Shown piece after piece: positions 1 to 9,494 of a stretch of 64,000 nucleotides of DNA. Positions within the stretch are counted from its first letter, which is position 1; the number at the start of each line of letters is the position of its first letter. The notes under the pieces were generated by a model that saw nothing but the letters and a program-made list of their open reading frames with translations, was not told the DNA's origin and ran no database searches. A program made the translations under genes and the position numbers. Source of the stretch: an uncultured Gemmatimonadaceae bacterium (lineage in GTDB: Bacteria; Gemmatimonadota; Gemmatimonadetes; Gemmatimonadales; Gemmatimonadaceae); NCBI GenBank assembly GCA_963843845.1, contig CAWJMB010000002.1:2816001-2880000 (forward strand), in the 5' to 3' direction.

Positions 1-838
1 GCCCGACAGGACGAGCGAGTGCTGCAGGCGTCATCCGCGGCGTCGAGAAGAAGCCGCTGCCGCACCTGCTCTGCACGACCAACATGCTGCTGCACGGCAT
101 CGACGTGCCGACGCAACGTCCGCCACGACAACACGCTCGCCCGGCCGCTGCGCGACTACGGGCCAAGGACCGCGTGGACGTCATCCTCACCAACCCGCCG
201 TTCGGCGGGACGGAGGAAGACGGGATCGAGAACAACTTCCCGGCGCAGTTCCGGACGCGCGAGACGGCCGACCTGTTCCTCGTGCTGATCATGCACCTGC
301 TGAAGGACGGCGGCCGCGCGGCGGTGGTGCTGCCGGACGGCACGCTGTTCGGCGAGGGGGTCAAGACGCGCATCAAGGAGAAGCTGCTCGACGAGTGCAA
401 CCTGCACACGATCGTGCGGCTGCCGAAGGGCGTGTTCGAGCCCGTACACGGGCATCAAGACGAACCTGCTGTTCTTCACGAAGGGCGAGCCGACCAAGGA
501 GGTCTGGTTCTACGAGCACCCGTACCCCGCGGGCGCAGAAGAGCTACTCCAAGACCAAGCCGATCCGCATCGAGGAGTTCGACGCCGAGAAGGCGTGGTG
601 GACGACGCGCGAGGAGACCGAGCAGGCGTGGAGGGTCTCGGTCGACGAGATCCGGCGGCGGGGCTACAACCTCGACATCAAGAACCCGAACGCGCGCGAC
701 GAGGATCACCGCGATCCGGACGACTTGCTGGCGGAGTACCGGCAGGCGATGGCGGACGTGGCGGAGACGCGCGAGGCGCTGAAGGCGCAGCTGGCGGCGG
801 CGTTGGCATCGGTCCTTGCGGTGGAGGTGGGGGCGTGA
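1..838 (+). CDS. hsdM: Type I R-M methyltransferase subunit HsdM (5'-truncated by window; several frameshifts)
   Basis: Fragments in shifting frames read GVEKKPLPHLLCTTNMLLHG...DVILTNPPFGG (N6-MTase motif IV NPPF)...AAVVLPDGTLFGEG...YNLDIKNP. Apparent indels near 32, 113, 164, 438 and 528. Stop TGA 836-838 overlaps the next start. Confidence 0.9.
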   Translation, partial: PDRTSECCRRHPRRREEAAAAPALHDQHAAARHRRADATSATTTRSPGRCATTGQGPRGRHPHQPAVRRDGGRRDREQLPGAVPDARDGRPVPRADHAPAEGRRPRGGGAAGRHAVRRGGQDAHQGEAARRVQPAHDRAAAEGRVRARTRASRRTCCSSRRASRPRRSGSTSTRTPRAQKSYSKTKPIRIEEFDAEKAWWTTREETEQAWRVSVDEIRRRGYNLDIKNPNARDEDHRDPDDLLAEYRQAMADVAETREALKAQLAAALASVLAVEVGA

Positions 839-2421
839 CGCCCGGAGCGCTGCTGGAGCAGTTCGACATGATGGCGGAGTCGCCAGGTGGGGTGGAGCAA
901 GTGCGCAAGGTGATCCTCCAGCTCGCGGTGCGTGGCGAGCTGCGTTGTGAAACGGGACGACGAGGGTTAGTGGTGCTCGATCGCATCGCGACGGACGCTG
1001 GACGCCATATCTGAGCTGTCGCCGGCTGGAGTGGGGTCCGCGCCGGACCCGAGTGGCTGGGCCTGGGTGCGGATCGGCGACGTGATGAACCTCGTCAACG
1101 GGCGAGCGTTCAAGCGCGCTGAGTGGGCTGCGGCGGGAACGCCCATTGTTCGCATTCAGAACCTGAATAGCCCCGCCGCGCCGTTCAACTACAGTGCGTC
1201 GGAGGTGCCGGCGAAGTTCTACATCCAGGATGAGGATCTGCTGCTGAGCTGGTCTGGTACTCCAGGCACGTGCTTTGGTGCGTTCGTCTGGCGTCGCGGC
1301 CGGGCCGTGCTCAACCAGCACATCTTCCGGTGCGAGCTTCGTGGCGGCGCGTACGTCAACGACTTCGCGCGCATGGCAATCAACGCACGCCTGGAACGAA
1401 ATGATCTCGCAGGCTCATGGCGGCGTCGGACTACAGCACATCACGAAGGGCAAGTTGGACCGCCTTGCGATAGTGCTACCGCCTCTCGCGGAGCAGCGCC
1501 GCATCGTGGAGAAGGTAGACGAGCTGATGGCTCTCTGCGACGAACTGGAGACCCGGCAGGAGCGGCGCGCCGAGGCGCGGGCGCGGGCGAACCGCGCGGT
1601 GCTGCAGCAGCTTACGGCGGCGAAGACGACGCGAGCTGGACACCGCATGGGAGCGGCTGCATGGGAGCTTTGACTCGCTGGTGAACGCGCAGAGTAACTG
1701 ACTGGAGCGGGTGTTGCAGCTGGGTGGTGGAAAGTGGCCACAGGATCCGAAGGACGAACCGGCGACTTCGTTTCTCGCGGAGTACCGGTGCCGAGCCGAA
1801 GACGCGCCCCTCGAGCTCGATCTTCCAGCGGGGTGGGCGTGCGCGCGCCTTTGTGAGCTGGGCTCCTTCATGGGGGGCGGGACACCCTCCAAGTCCGACC
1901 CATCGCTCTGGGCGGGCGACATCCCTTGGGTTAGTCCAAAGGACATGAAGCGACTCAGAATCGCTGACTCAGAGGATCACGTGAGCCAGCCGGCACTGTC
2001 CCGGTCAGCCGTGCGCCTGATCCCAGCGGGTGCGCTGCTCATGGTGGTTCGCGGAATGATCCTAGCGAGAGCGTTTCCGGTGGCGCTCACGGAGCGGCCC
2101 GTCACGGTCAACCAGGACATGAAGGCGCTGGTACCGAAGGATGCGCGCCTCGCCGAGTACCTCTTGCTCATGCTGCGCGCGATGGAGCCGCGCGTGCTGG
2201 CGGCCGTCGAGCGGTCCACTCACGGCACGTGCCGACTCGAGTCGACCGTAGTAAGCGAACTTGTTCTCCCACTGCCCCCGCTGGCGGAGCAGCGGCGCAT
2301 CGTGGCGAGGGTAGACGAGCTGATGGCCCTGTGCAACGAGCTGGAGGTCCGGCTCACGCGCGCCCGCAACTGCGCCACCCACCTCGCCGCCGCGGTGGTG
2401 CATCGCCTCACCGCCGCCTGA
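835..2421 (+). CDS. hsdS: Type I R-M specificity subunit HsdS (frameshifted)
   Basis: GTG at 835 overlaps the hsdM stop. ILQLAVRG N-terminus, two target-recognition domains starting P-x-GW (DPSGWAWVRIGDV, LPAGWACARLCEL), each followed by LPPLAEQRRIVxxVDELMALCxELE. Frame breaks near 1000, 1395 and 1630-1710. Confidence 0.85.
1476..2346 (+). repeat. Imperfect 75-bp direct repeat (1476-1550 and 2272-2346) encoding the two HsdS conserved regions
   Basis: Both copies encode LPPLAEQRRIVxxVDELMALCxELE with high nucleotide identity. Confidence 0.8.
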
Positions 2422-2438
2422 CCTGAGCCTCGACACAC

Positions 2439-3476
2439 GTGCCGATCACCCTCACTGATCGCCTCGTCGTCGCCGTCGCGTCCAGCGCCCTCTTCGACTT
2501 GGAGGACTCCGACCGCGTCTTCCGCGAGCACGGCGAGGAGGCCTACCGCCAGTACCAGCGGGACCACGAGAGCGACGTGCTGGCCCCAGGCGTCGCGTTC
2601 CCGCTCGTGCGCCGGCTGCTGGCGCTGAACGGGGCGGACCCGGGCGACCAGGTGGTCGAGATCGTCCTGCTCTCGCGCAACGATCCCGACACGGGGCTCC
2701 GGGTGTTCAACGCCATCGAGCACCATGGACTGGCCATCTCCCGGGCGGCGTTCGTGAAGGGCCGGAACCCGCACCTGTACCTGCCGGCGTTCAACGCCTC
2801 GCTGTTCCTGTCGGCGCACGCGGAGGACGTCCGGCGGGCCGTGGCGGCGGGGCTCCCCGCTGGGCAGGTCTTCCCAACGCGGTTCGTGGACGACGAGGCG
2901 GAGACGGAGCTGCGCATCGCGTTCGACTTCGACGGGATCATCGCCGACGACTCCGCGGAGGCGATCTTCAAGACCGGCGGGCTGGCCAGCTTCCACGCCA
3001 GCGAGCGGGAGCGGGCACTCGAACCGATGGCGGTGGGGCCCCTGCAGCGCTTCTTCGCCGAGGTGGCGGGCGTGCAGGCCAAAGAGCGGGCCCGCCAGTG
3101 CCGCGACCCCGGGTATCAGCCGCGGCTCCGGGTGGCCATCGTAACGGCGCGCAACGCCCCGGCCCACAAGCGGGTGATCACGACCCTGCGGCAGTGGGGC
3201 ATCCAGGTGGACGAGGCCTTCTTCCTCGGCGGCGTGGAGAAGGCCGAGATCCTCCGGACGTTCCGACCGCACATCTTCTTCGACGACCAGCTCACCCACG
3301 TCACTGGGGCTTCGGAGGTCACCCCTTCCGTGCACGTGCCGTTCGGCGTGGCGAACGCTGTCGCGGCGCCGCTGGAGGCTCCGGCCCTGCCCACGCTCGA
3401 GGAGGGGGGCGGCGGCGCAGGCCCGGACGCGGCTCACGGCCTCCTGGGTGCGGCACCCCACGTGGTCCCCGGATAG
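2439..3476 (+). CDS. 5'-nucleotidase, cN-I-like (HAD fold)
   Basis: LVVAVASSALFDL N-terminus, LLSRNDPDTGLRVFNAI, RIAFDFDG (HAD motif I), IVTARNAPAH, FFLGG, PHIFFDDQ. Confidence 0.88.
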   Translation: MPITLTDRLVVAVASSALFDLEDSDRVFREHGEEAYRQYQRDHESDVLAPGVAFPLVRRLLALNGADPGDQVVEIVLLSRNDPDTGLRVFNAIEHHGLAISRAAFVKGRNPHLYLPAFNASLFLSAHAEDVRRAVAAGLPAGQVFPTRFVDDEAETELRIAFDFDGIIADDSAEAIFKTGGLASFHASERERALEPMAVGPLQRFFAEVAGVQAKERARQCRDPGYQPRLRVAIVTARNAPAHKRVITTLRQWGIQVDEAFFLGGVEKAEILRTFRPHIFFDDQLTHVTGASEVTPSVHVPFGVANAVAAPLEAPALPTLEEGGGGAGPDAAHGLLGAAPHVVPG

Positions 3477-3601
3477 CAACTGCCGGGGCGACCTCGCGCC
3501 CGCGGGCGAGGCGCACAGAGGACGGGGGCGGCGCCGTGATACGGCGCCACCCCCGTTCTCACACCCGTCCTCGCCACACAACCTCGTTGCTATGCTTAGC
3601 G

Positions 3602-3660
3602 TTACGAGATTACGAGAAGATCGCAAACGATTACGAGTGGCCGCGATCAGGAATTACGAG
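3602..3660. repeat. Four TTACGAG heptamers (3602, 3610, 3631, 3654) in an AT-enriched intergenic patch
   Basis: Read directly from the sequence; three copies extend to ATTACGAG. Confidence 0.7.
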
Positions 3661-3678
3661 ACCCCACGCAAGATCCCA

Positions 3679-3705
3679 AGCCTCCTGTAAACCCGGCGCG
3701 GTTCA
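3679..3705. mobile_element. Orphan IS3-family (IS51/IS6110-like) terminal inverted repeat
   Basis: Reverse complement is TGAACCGCGCCGGGTTTACAGGAGGCT, resembling the TGAACCGCCCCGG...GGAGAC ends of IS6110/IS3411-type elements. No transposase in the window. Confidence 0.55.
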
Positions 3706-3726
3706 AGAGCGTACAGCGTCGCCCCT

Positions 3727-4920
3727 TTACTGCACCGTGTTGATCATGTCGAAGATGGGCAGGTACATCGCCACCACCATCCCCCCCACGACCACGCCGA
3801 GCACCACGATCATGATCGGCTCCAGCAAGGCGAGCAGCGCACTCACCGCCGCGTCCACCTCGCTGTCGTAGAAGTCCGCGATCTTCGAGAGCATCTCGTC
3901 GAGCCCGCCCGTCTGCTCCCCGACCGCGATCATCGAGATCACCATCGGCGGGAACACGTTCGACTTCTGCAGCGGCGCCGCGATCGTGTCGCCCCCCGCG
4001 ATCGACGCCCGCGACGCGAGGATCGCGTCCTGCACCACCCGGTTCCCCGACGTCCGCGCCGTGATCTCGAGCCCGTCGAGGATCGAGACGCCCGACGAGA
4101 TCAGCGTGCCCAACGTCCGCGTGAAGCGCGACACCGACGCCTTCCGGATCACGTCGCCGAGCACCGGCACGCGCAGCATGAGGCGGTCGATCACGAGCTG
4201 CCCGGCGTCGGTCGCGTAGTACTTCTTGATCGACACCGCGGCGAACGCCATCCCCCCCGCCACCGCCCACCAGTAGCCGTTCACGAAGCGCGACATCGAG
4301 ACGACGATCTGCGTCGGCAGCGGCAGCGCGAGGTTCACGCTCGCGAACATCGTCTCGAACACCGGGATCACCTTCCACAGCAGCACGACGATCGCGATCG
4401 CCGCGACGCTCATGATCACCGTCGGGTAGATCATCGCCCCCTTCACCTTCCGCACGAGCTGGTCGTTCTTCTCCAGGAAGGTCGCGAGGCGCATGAGGAT
4501 CGTGTCGAGGATGCCGCCCGCCTCCCCCGCCGCGACCATGTTCACGTACAGCTCGCTGAACGCCTTCGGGTGGTTCCCCATCGCGCCGGCGACCGTCGCG
4601 CCGCTCTCGACGTCGAACACCACCGCGCGCGTCACGTCGGCGAGCGCCTTGTTCTCGGTCTGCTTCGACAGGATGTCGAGCGCCTGCACGAGCGGCAGGC
4701 CGGCGTTGATCATCGTCGAGAACTGCCGCGTGAAGATGACGACGTCGCGCATCTTCACCTTCCCCTTCGGCCTCGGCTTCTTCGCCTCCTCGTCGATCTT
4801 GACGACGTGCATCCGCTGCCGGCGGAGCTGCGCGATGACGTCGTCGCGGCTCGGCGCCTCGAGCGTCGCGGTCTTGAGGTCGCCGTTGAGGGCGCGGGCG
4901 GTGTAGGCAAAACTCGGCAT
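3727..4920 (-). CDS. pilC: Type IV pilus inner-membrane platform protein (PilC/GspF family)
   Basis: FTRQFSTMINAGLPL, YVNMVAAGEAGGILD, MIAVGEQTGGLDEML, LEPIMIV...MYLPIF. Confidence 0.95.
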   Translation of the reverse strand: MPSFAYTARALNGDLKTATLEAPSRDDVIAQLRRQRMHVVKIDEEAKKPRPKGKVKMRDVVIFTRQFSTMINAGLPLVQALDILSKQTENKALADVTRAVVFDVESGATVAGAMGNHPKAFSELYVNMVAAGEAGGILDTILMRLATFLEKNDQLVRKVKGAMIYPTVIMSVAAIAIVVLLWKVIPVFETMFASVNLALPLPTQIVVSMSRFVNGYWWAVAGGMAFAAVSIKKYYATDAGQLVIDRLMLRVPVLGDVIRKASVSRFTRTLGTLISSGVSILDGLEITARTSGNRVVQDAILASRASIAGGDTIAAPLQKSNVFPPMVISMIAVGEQTGGLDEMLSKIADFYDSEVDAAVSALLALLEPIMIVVLGVVVGGMVVAMYLPIFDMINTVQ

Positions 4921-4932
4921 CGTGGACTCCCG

Positions 4933-6087
4933 TCAGGCCGTTGGACTCTGCCCGCTCATGCGCAGCAGCTCGTTCGGGTCGCCGCTCACGCGCAGCGCCT
5001 CCTCGATCGTGATCTGGCGCTCCACGTAGAGGCGGTAGAGCGCGTCGTTCAGCGTCTGCATGCCGAACTTCTTGCCGCCCTGCATCAGCGAGTAGATCTG
5101 GTGCACCTTGTCGTCGCGGATCAGCGCGCGGATGGCCGGCGTCACGACGAGCACTTCGGCCGCGAGCGCGCGCCCCTTCCCGGCCGTCTTCGGGATCAAC
5201 GTCTGCGTCACGATCCCCTCGAGCACGAACGCGAGCTGCGCCCGCACCTGCGACTGCTGGTGGCTCGGGAAGACGTCGATGATGCGGTTGATCGCCTCGG
5301 CCGCGCTGTTCGTGTGCAGCGTCGCGAACGCGAGGTGGCCGGTCTCGGCGATCGTCAGCGCGGCCTGGATCGTCTCCAGGTCGCGCATCTCGCCGACGAG
5401 GATGACGTCCGGATCCTCGCGCAGCGCGTACTTCAGCGCACTCTGGAACGATTTCGTGTCGGTGCCGACCTCGCGCTGGTTGACGATGCAGTTCTGGTGG
5501 CGGTGCACGAACTCGATCGGGTCCTCGACCGTGATGATGTGCCCGCGCCGCTCCTTGTTGATCTTGTCGATCATCGCGGCGAGCGTCGTGCTCTTGCCCG
5601 AGCCCGTCGGGCCGGTGACGAGCACGAGGCCGCGCGGCTTCTCCGCCATCCGCGAGATCGCCGGCGGCAGCCCCAGCGCGTCGAGCGTCCGGATCGTGAA
5701 CGGGATCTGCCGGATCGCCACCGACACGCAGCCGCGCTGCTTGAACACGTTGCCGCGGAAGCGCGCGAGCTGCTGGATGCCGAACGAGAAGTCCAGCTCG
5801 TCGTCCATCTCGAACCGCTTCTTCTGCGCGTCGGTCAGCACCGAGTAGGCGAGCGCCATCGTGTCGCGCGGCGTCAGCGTCTGCTCGACGCTCGCGTTCA
5901 CGATGTCGCCGTCGACGCGCAGCTTCGGCCGCTCGCCGGCCGTGAGGTGCAGGTCGCTCGCGCCGCGCTCGACCATCTCTTCGAGCAGGGTGCGGAGGTT
6001 CAACTGCCGGGGATCGGGACTCGGCGGTCGGGAGGCGTCGGCAGCCGATCCCCGAGCCCCGATCTCCGGCTGTACTGTCGTCGTCAT
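4933..6087 (-). CDS. pilT: Type IV pilus retraction ATPase PilT
   Basis: ASDLHL, Walker A GPTGSGKST, EDPIEFVH, LREDPDVILVGEMRD, HLAFATLHTNSA, AIRALIRD. Start ATG 6087 overlaps the pilB stop. Confidence 0.95.
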   Translation of the reverse strand: MTTTVQPEIGARGSAADASRPPSPDPRQLNLRTLLEEMVERGASDLHLTAGERPKLRVDGDIVNASVEQTLTPRDTMALAYSVLTDAQKKRFEMDDELDFSFGIQQLARFRGNVFKQRGCVSVAIRQIPFTIRTLDALGLPPAISRMAEKPRGLVLVTGPTGSGKSTTLAAMIDKINKERRGHIITVEDPIEFVHRHQNCIVNQREVGTDTKSFQSALKYALREDPDVILVGEMRDLETIQAALTIAETGHLAFATLHTNSAAEAINRIIDVFPSHQQSQVRAQLAFVLEGIVTQTLIPKTAGKGRALAAEVLVVTPAIRALIRDDKVHQIYSLMQGGKKFGMQTLNDALYRLYVERQITIEEALRVSGDPNELLRMSGQSPTA

Positions 6088-7940
6088 GCGCTCGTCTCCC
6101 GGATGATCTGCTCCAACGTCGTGATGCCGCGCAGCACCTTGAGCCAGCCGTCCATGCGCAGCGTCAGCATCCCTTCCTCGATCGCCGTCTCGCGCAGCAG
6201 CCCGGCGTCGCCGCCGCCGGAGAGGATCACCTTGCGCAGCTTCGGGCTCATCGTCATGACCTCGTAGATCCCCTGGCGCCCCTTGAGCCCCGTGCCGTTG
6301 CACGCCTCGCAGCCGGCGCCGCGGAAGTAGGCGAGCTCCTTGAGCGGGGTGTCGATCGTCGCGTCCCCGAGGAACGGCGCCGCCTCTTTCGTCGCTCTCG
6401 CCCGCGCCCCGTCGAGCGTCTCCACGCCGATGCGCAGCGAGCGGAGCGTCGCCGTCGGCGTCGTCTTCATCGCCGCGAACTCGGCCGCCTCGGGGTGGTA
6501 GCGCACCTTGCACTTCGCGCAGATGCGCCGCACGAGCCGCTGCGCGAGCACGAGGTTCAGCGCGCTCGCGACGTTGAACGGCTCGAGCCCCATGTCGAGC
6601 AGACGCGTCACCGTCTCCGGCGCCGAGTTCGTGTGCAGCGTCGAGAGCACCATGTGCCCCGTGAGCGCCGCCTTGACCGCGATCCCGCCCGTCTCCAGAT
6701 CGCGGATCTCGCCGAGCATGATGACGTTCGGGTCCTGGCGCAGGAACGCCTTCAGCGCCGACGCGAACGTCAGCCCGACTTCCGGCCGCACGAGCACCTG
6801 GTTGATCCCGAACAGGTTGTACTCGACCGGGTCCTCGGCCGTCATGATGTTCGTGTCGCCGGTGTTGATCTTCGACAGACACGAGTAGAGCGTCGTCGTC
6901 TTGCCGGAGCCGGTCGGGCCGGTGACGAGCACCATGCCGTACGGGTTCGCGATCGCCTCCATCAGCTCGCGCTCGGCGCGCGTCTCGATGCCGAACGTCT
7001 CGAGGTCGAGCGTGAGGTTCCCCTTGTCGAGGATCCGCAGCACGATCTTCTCGCCGAACAGCGTCGGCAGCGTCGAGACGCGGAAGTCGATGACCCGCTT
7101 GCCGATCTTGAGCTTGAGCCGCCCGTCCTGCGGCACGCGCCGCTCGGCGATGTTGAGCGACGACATGATCTTGAGGCGCGAGATGAGCGCCGCCTTGAGC
7201 TTCATCGGCGGCTTCATGATCTCCTGCAGCGCGCCGTCGACGCGGAAGCGGACGCGGACCTCGTGCTCGAAGCACTCGACGTGGATGTCGCTCGCGCCGC
7301 GGTTCACGGCGTCGGTGAGGATCGCGTTCACGAGCCGCACGACCGGCGCCTCGTCGACCTGCGCCGAGAGCGGCGACCCCTCGCTCTCGTCGGTCGCGTC
7401 GAGCACCTCGACGTCGTCGCCGTCGCCCGCGATCTCGGCGAGCAGCGTCTGCATCTGCTGCATCTGCACGTCCGCGGCGGCGCTCGCGCTCTCGTAGTGC
7501 CGCTCGACGAGCGTGCGCAGCGTGACCTCGCCGGCGACGACGGGGAAGATGTCGCAGCGCGTGACGAACTTGAGGTCGTCGAGGACCGTCGCGTTCGCCG
7601 GGTCGGCGATGGCGACCGTCAGCGTGCGCCCGTCGCGCTTGAGCGGCACGACGAGGTGCTTCGTCGCGAGCTCCGCCGGCACGAGCTTGAGGATCCGCGC
7701 GTCGACCTCGAAGCGCGACAGATCGACCGCCGGCATGCGGTACTGCCGCGCGAGCATCTTCGTGAGCGCCGTCTCGGTCAGCGCCTCCTGCTTCACGAGG
7801 CAGTAGCCGAGGCGCATGCCGGACGAGCGCTGCTCGTCGAGGGCGCGCGTGAGCTGATCGCGCGTGATGAGCCCCTCGCGAATGAGGAGTTCACCGAGGC
7901 GCTCGCGGTCCGGCACGAGGGCGAGGGGGGCGGCGGCCAT
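6084..7940 (-). CDS. pilB: Type IV pilus assembly ATPase PilB
   Basis: RLGELL...QLTRAL...RLG N-terminus (MshEN-like), ASDIH, IAERRVPQDG, GPTGSGKTT, LRQDPNVIMLGEIRD, CxxC...CxxC zinc site. Start ATG at 7940. Confidence 0.95.
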   Translation of the reverse strand: MAAAPLALVPDRERLGELLIREGLITRDQLTRALDEQRSSGMRLGYCLVKQEALTETALTKMLARQYRMPAVDLSRFEVDARILKLVPAELATKHLVVPLKRDGRTLTVAIADPANATVLDDLKFVTRCDIFPVVAGEVTLRTLVERHYESASAAADVQMQQMQTLLAEIAGDGDDVEVLDATDESEGSPLSAQVDEAPVVRLVNAILTDAVNRGASDIHVECFEHEVRVRFRVDGALQEIMKPPMKLKAALISRLKIMSSLNIAERRVPQDGRLKLKIGKRVIDFRVSTLPTLFGEKIVLRILDKGNLTLDLETFGIETRAERELMEAIANPYGMVLVTGPTGSGKTTTLYSCLSKINTGDTNIMTAEDPVEYNLFGINQVLVRPEVGLTFASALKAFLRQDPNVIMLGEIRDLETGGIAVKAALTGHMVLSTLHTNSAPETVTRLLDMGLEPFNVASALNLVLAQRLVRRICAKCKVRYHPEAAEFAAMKTTPTATLRSLRIGVETLDGARARATKEAAPFLGDATIDTPLKELAYFRGAGCEACNGTGLKGRQGIYEVMTMSPKLRKVILSGGGDAGLLRETAIEEGMLTLRMDGWLKVLRGITTLEQIIRETSA

Positions 7941-8008
7941 ACGGACGAGAGTGTCGGCCGCTCGCCGCGCGTCCTGCACCGCGGCATTCGGTCCGGCTCC
8001 GCGACGGA

Positions 8009-8524
8009 TCATCGCCGGGGCGCGCCGCCGAACGTCACGCGCGACGCGAGCTTCGCGGCGAGCTTCGGACCGATCCCCCTGACCCGGTCGAGCGCGGCGA
8101 GCGAACCGAACGAGCCGTGCAGCGCGCGGTCGAGCACGATGCGCGCGGCGAGCGCGGGACCGATGCCGGGAAGCGACTCGATCGTCGCGCTGTCGGCGAC
8201 GTCGAGGTCGACGAGGTCGACGAGGGGGGGCGGGAGTGCGGGTGCCGGGAGCGCGGGTGCCGGGAGCGCGGGTGCCGGGAGCGCGGGTGCCGGCGGTCGA
8301 CGCGCTCGTGCGGCTCGTGGGCGCGGCGCCCGCGGCGCCCGAGGCGCCCGCGCCGACGCCCGCGCCGACGCCCGCGCCGAGTCGACGGCGACGAGCTGGC
8401 CGGCGAGCGCGAGTCGCTCGGCGCGTGTGGGGGTCGCGTCGGGCGACGAGAGCACGCGCGCCGCCGCGCCGAGCACGGCGACGGCGGCGAAGAAGAGGAG
8501 GGCGTTGCGTTCGCCTGGAGTCAT
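8009..8524 (-). CDS. comEA: ComEA-family helix-hairpin-helix DNA-binding protein
   Basis: N-terminal TM after MTPGERNAL, Pro/Ala linker, then ESLPGIGPALAARIV...FGSLAALDRVRGIGPK (two HhH motifs). Confidence 0.85.
   Translation of the reverse strand: MTPGERNALLFFAAVAVLGAAARVLSSPDATPTRAERLALAGQLVAVDSARASARASARAPRAPRAPRPRAARARRPPAPALPAPALPAPALPAPALPPPLVDLVDLDVADSATIESLPGIGPALAARIVLDRALHGSFGSLAALDRVRGIGPKLAAKLASRVTFGGAPRR
8232..8291 (-). repeat. 15-bp tandem repeat x4 encoding the (A)PALP linker of ComEA
   Basis: gggag(c/t)gcgggtgcc repeated four times. Confidence 0.85.
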
Positions 8525-8613
8525 GCGGCGAACGTGGCGCGGGCGGCAGCGAGGCGCGGTGCCCGGCGAACGCAGCTCGTGTCGCGCGAACGCCGCACGC
8601 GACGCCCGACGCC

Positions 8614-8640
8614 TTGATTCGGCTTATGTTCGGGTATACT
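8614..8640 (+). promoter_or_regulatory. Putative sigma70-like promoter of imuA with an overlapping TTCG-N7-TTCG direct repeat (candidate operator)
   Basis: TTGATT (8614-8619), 15-bp spacer, TATACT (8635-8640). TTCG at 8618-8621 and 8629-8632. Confidence 0.55.
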
Positions 8641-8699
8641 GTTTGCCCCCGAACCGTCGCGTCCGCTGTCGACTCGCCACCGAACCGTGCCGCGCCTGC

Positions 8700-9494
8700 A
8701 TGCCCTCGTCGCTCCACCTCCGCGATCTGCAACGCCAGATCGCCGAGCGCTTTCCCAACGCCGTGCCGCTCGCCGAGCGGCGCGCGCATGGCGTCGCGAC
8801 CGAGGTGTCGACCGGGATCGACGCGCTCGACCGGGCGCTGCCGAGCGGAGGGCTGCCGCGGGGGAAGGTGACGGTGTGGGCGCCGGGCGGCGGCGCGGCG
8901 GCGGTGCTGCGCGCCACCTGCCGCGCCGTGATCGCGCGCGGCGAGCGCGCCGCCTGGGTCGACGCCTCGCGCTCCACGTCGTTCGGCTGGACGTCGGAGT
9001 CGACGCCGCTCATCGTGAGCGCGCCCGATCGACGGGGCGCGTTCCGCGCGGCCGAAGTGCTGCTCGCGTCCGGCGCGTTCGGCTTCGTCGTCCTCGACAC
9101 GGTGGCGGGCGAGCATCCGATCGGGACGGAGACCGTCCGCCTGAGCCGGGCCGCGCGCGACGGGGGGGGCGCGTTCGTGGCGCTGACGCCGGTGCCGTCG
9201 CTCGCCACGCTGCGCCTGAGCTCCCGGCTCATGATCCGCGGCGCGGGGATGCGGTGGCGCCGCGATCCGTTCGGCGCGCCGGCGATGCCGGTCGCCGTGC
9301 GCGCACACGTGCGCGCGCAGGCGATGGGCTGGAACGCGTCGGCCGATCTCACGCTGGAGATCGCGCCCTATGATCTTCGGTGCGCTGTGGAGCCCGGCCT
9401 GGACCGGCGCGGCGAGGTCCGTGCCGACGTTGCGGCTTCCGCAGAGTCGCACGCCGAGGGCACGGGCGACCGCGACGGATGGCCCCACGGATGA
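8700..9494 (+). CDS. imuA: ImuA/RecA-like mutasome accessory protein
   Basis: STGIDALDRALPSGGLPRG, AAWVD, AEVLLASGAFGFVVLD, degenerate Walker A; first gene of an imuB-dnaE2 cassette. Confidence 0.8.
   Translation: MPSSLHLRDLQRQIAERFPNAVPLAERRAHGVATEVSTGIDALDRALPSGGLPRGKVTVWAPGGGAAAVLRATCRAVIARGERAAWVDASRSTSFGWTSESTPLIVSAPDRRGAFRAAEVLLASGAFGFVVLDTVAGEHPIGTETVRLSRAARDGGGAFVALTPVPSLATLRLSSRLMIRGAGMRWRRDPFGAPAMPVAVRAHVRAQAMGWNASADLTLEIAPYDLRCAVEPGLDRRGEVRADVAASAESHAEGTGDRDGWPHG

Noticed and set aside
8232..8380. Tandem repeats in comEA as a possible CRISPR or iteron array
   Set aside because: No spacers; in-frame Pro/Ala linker coding.
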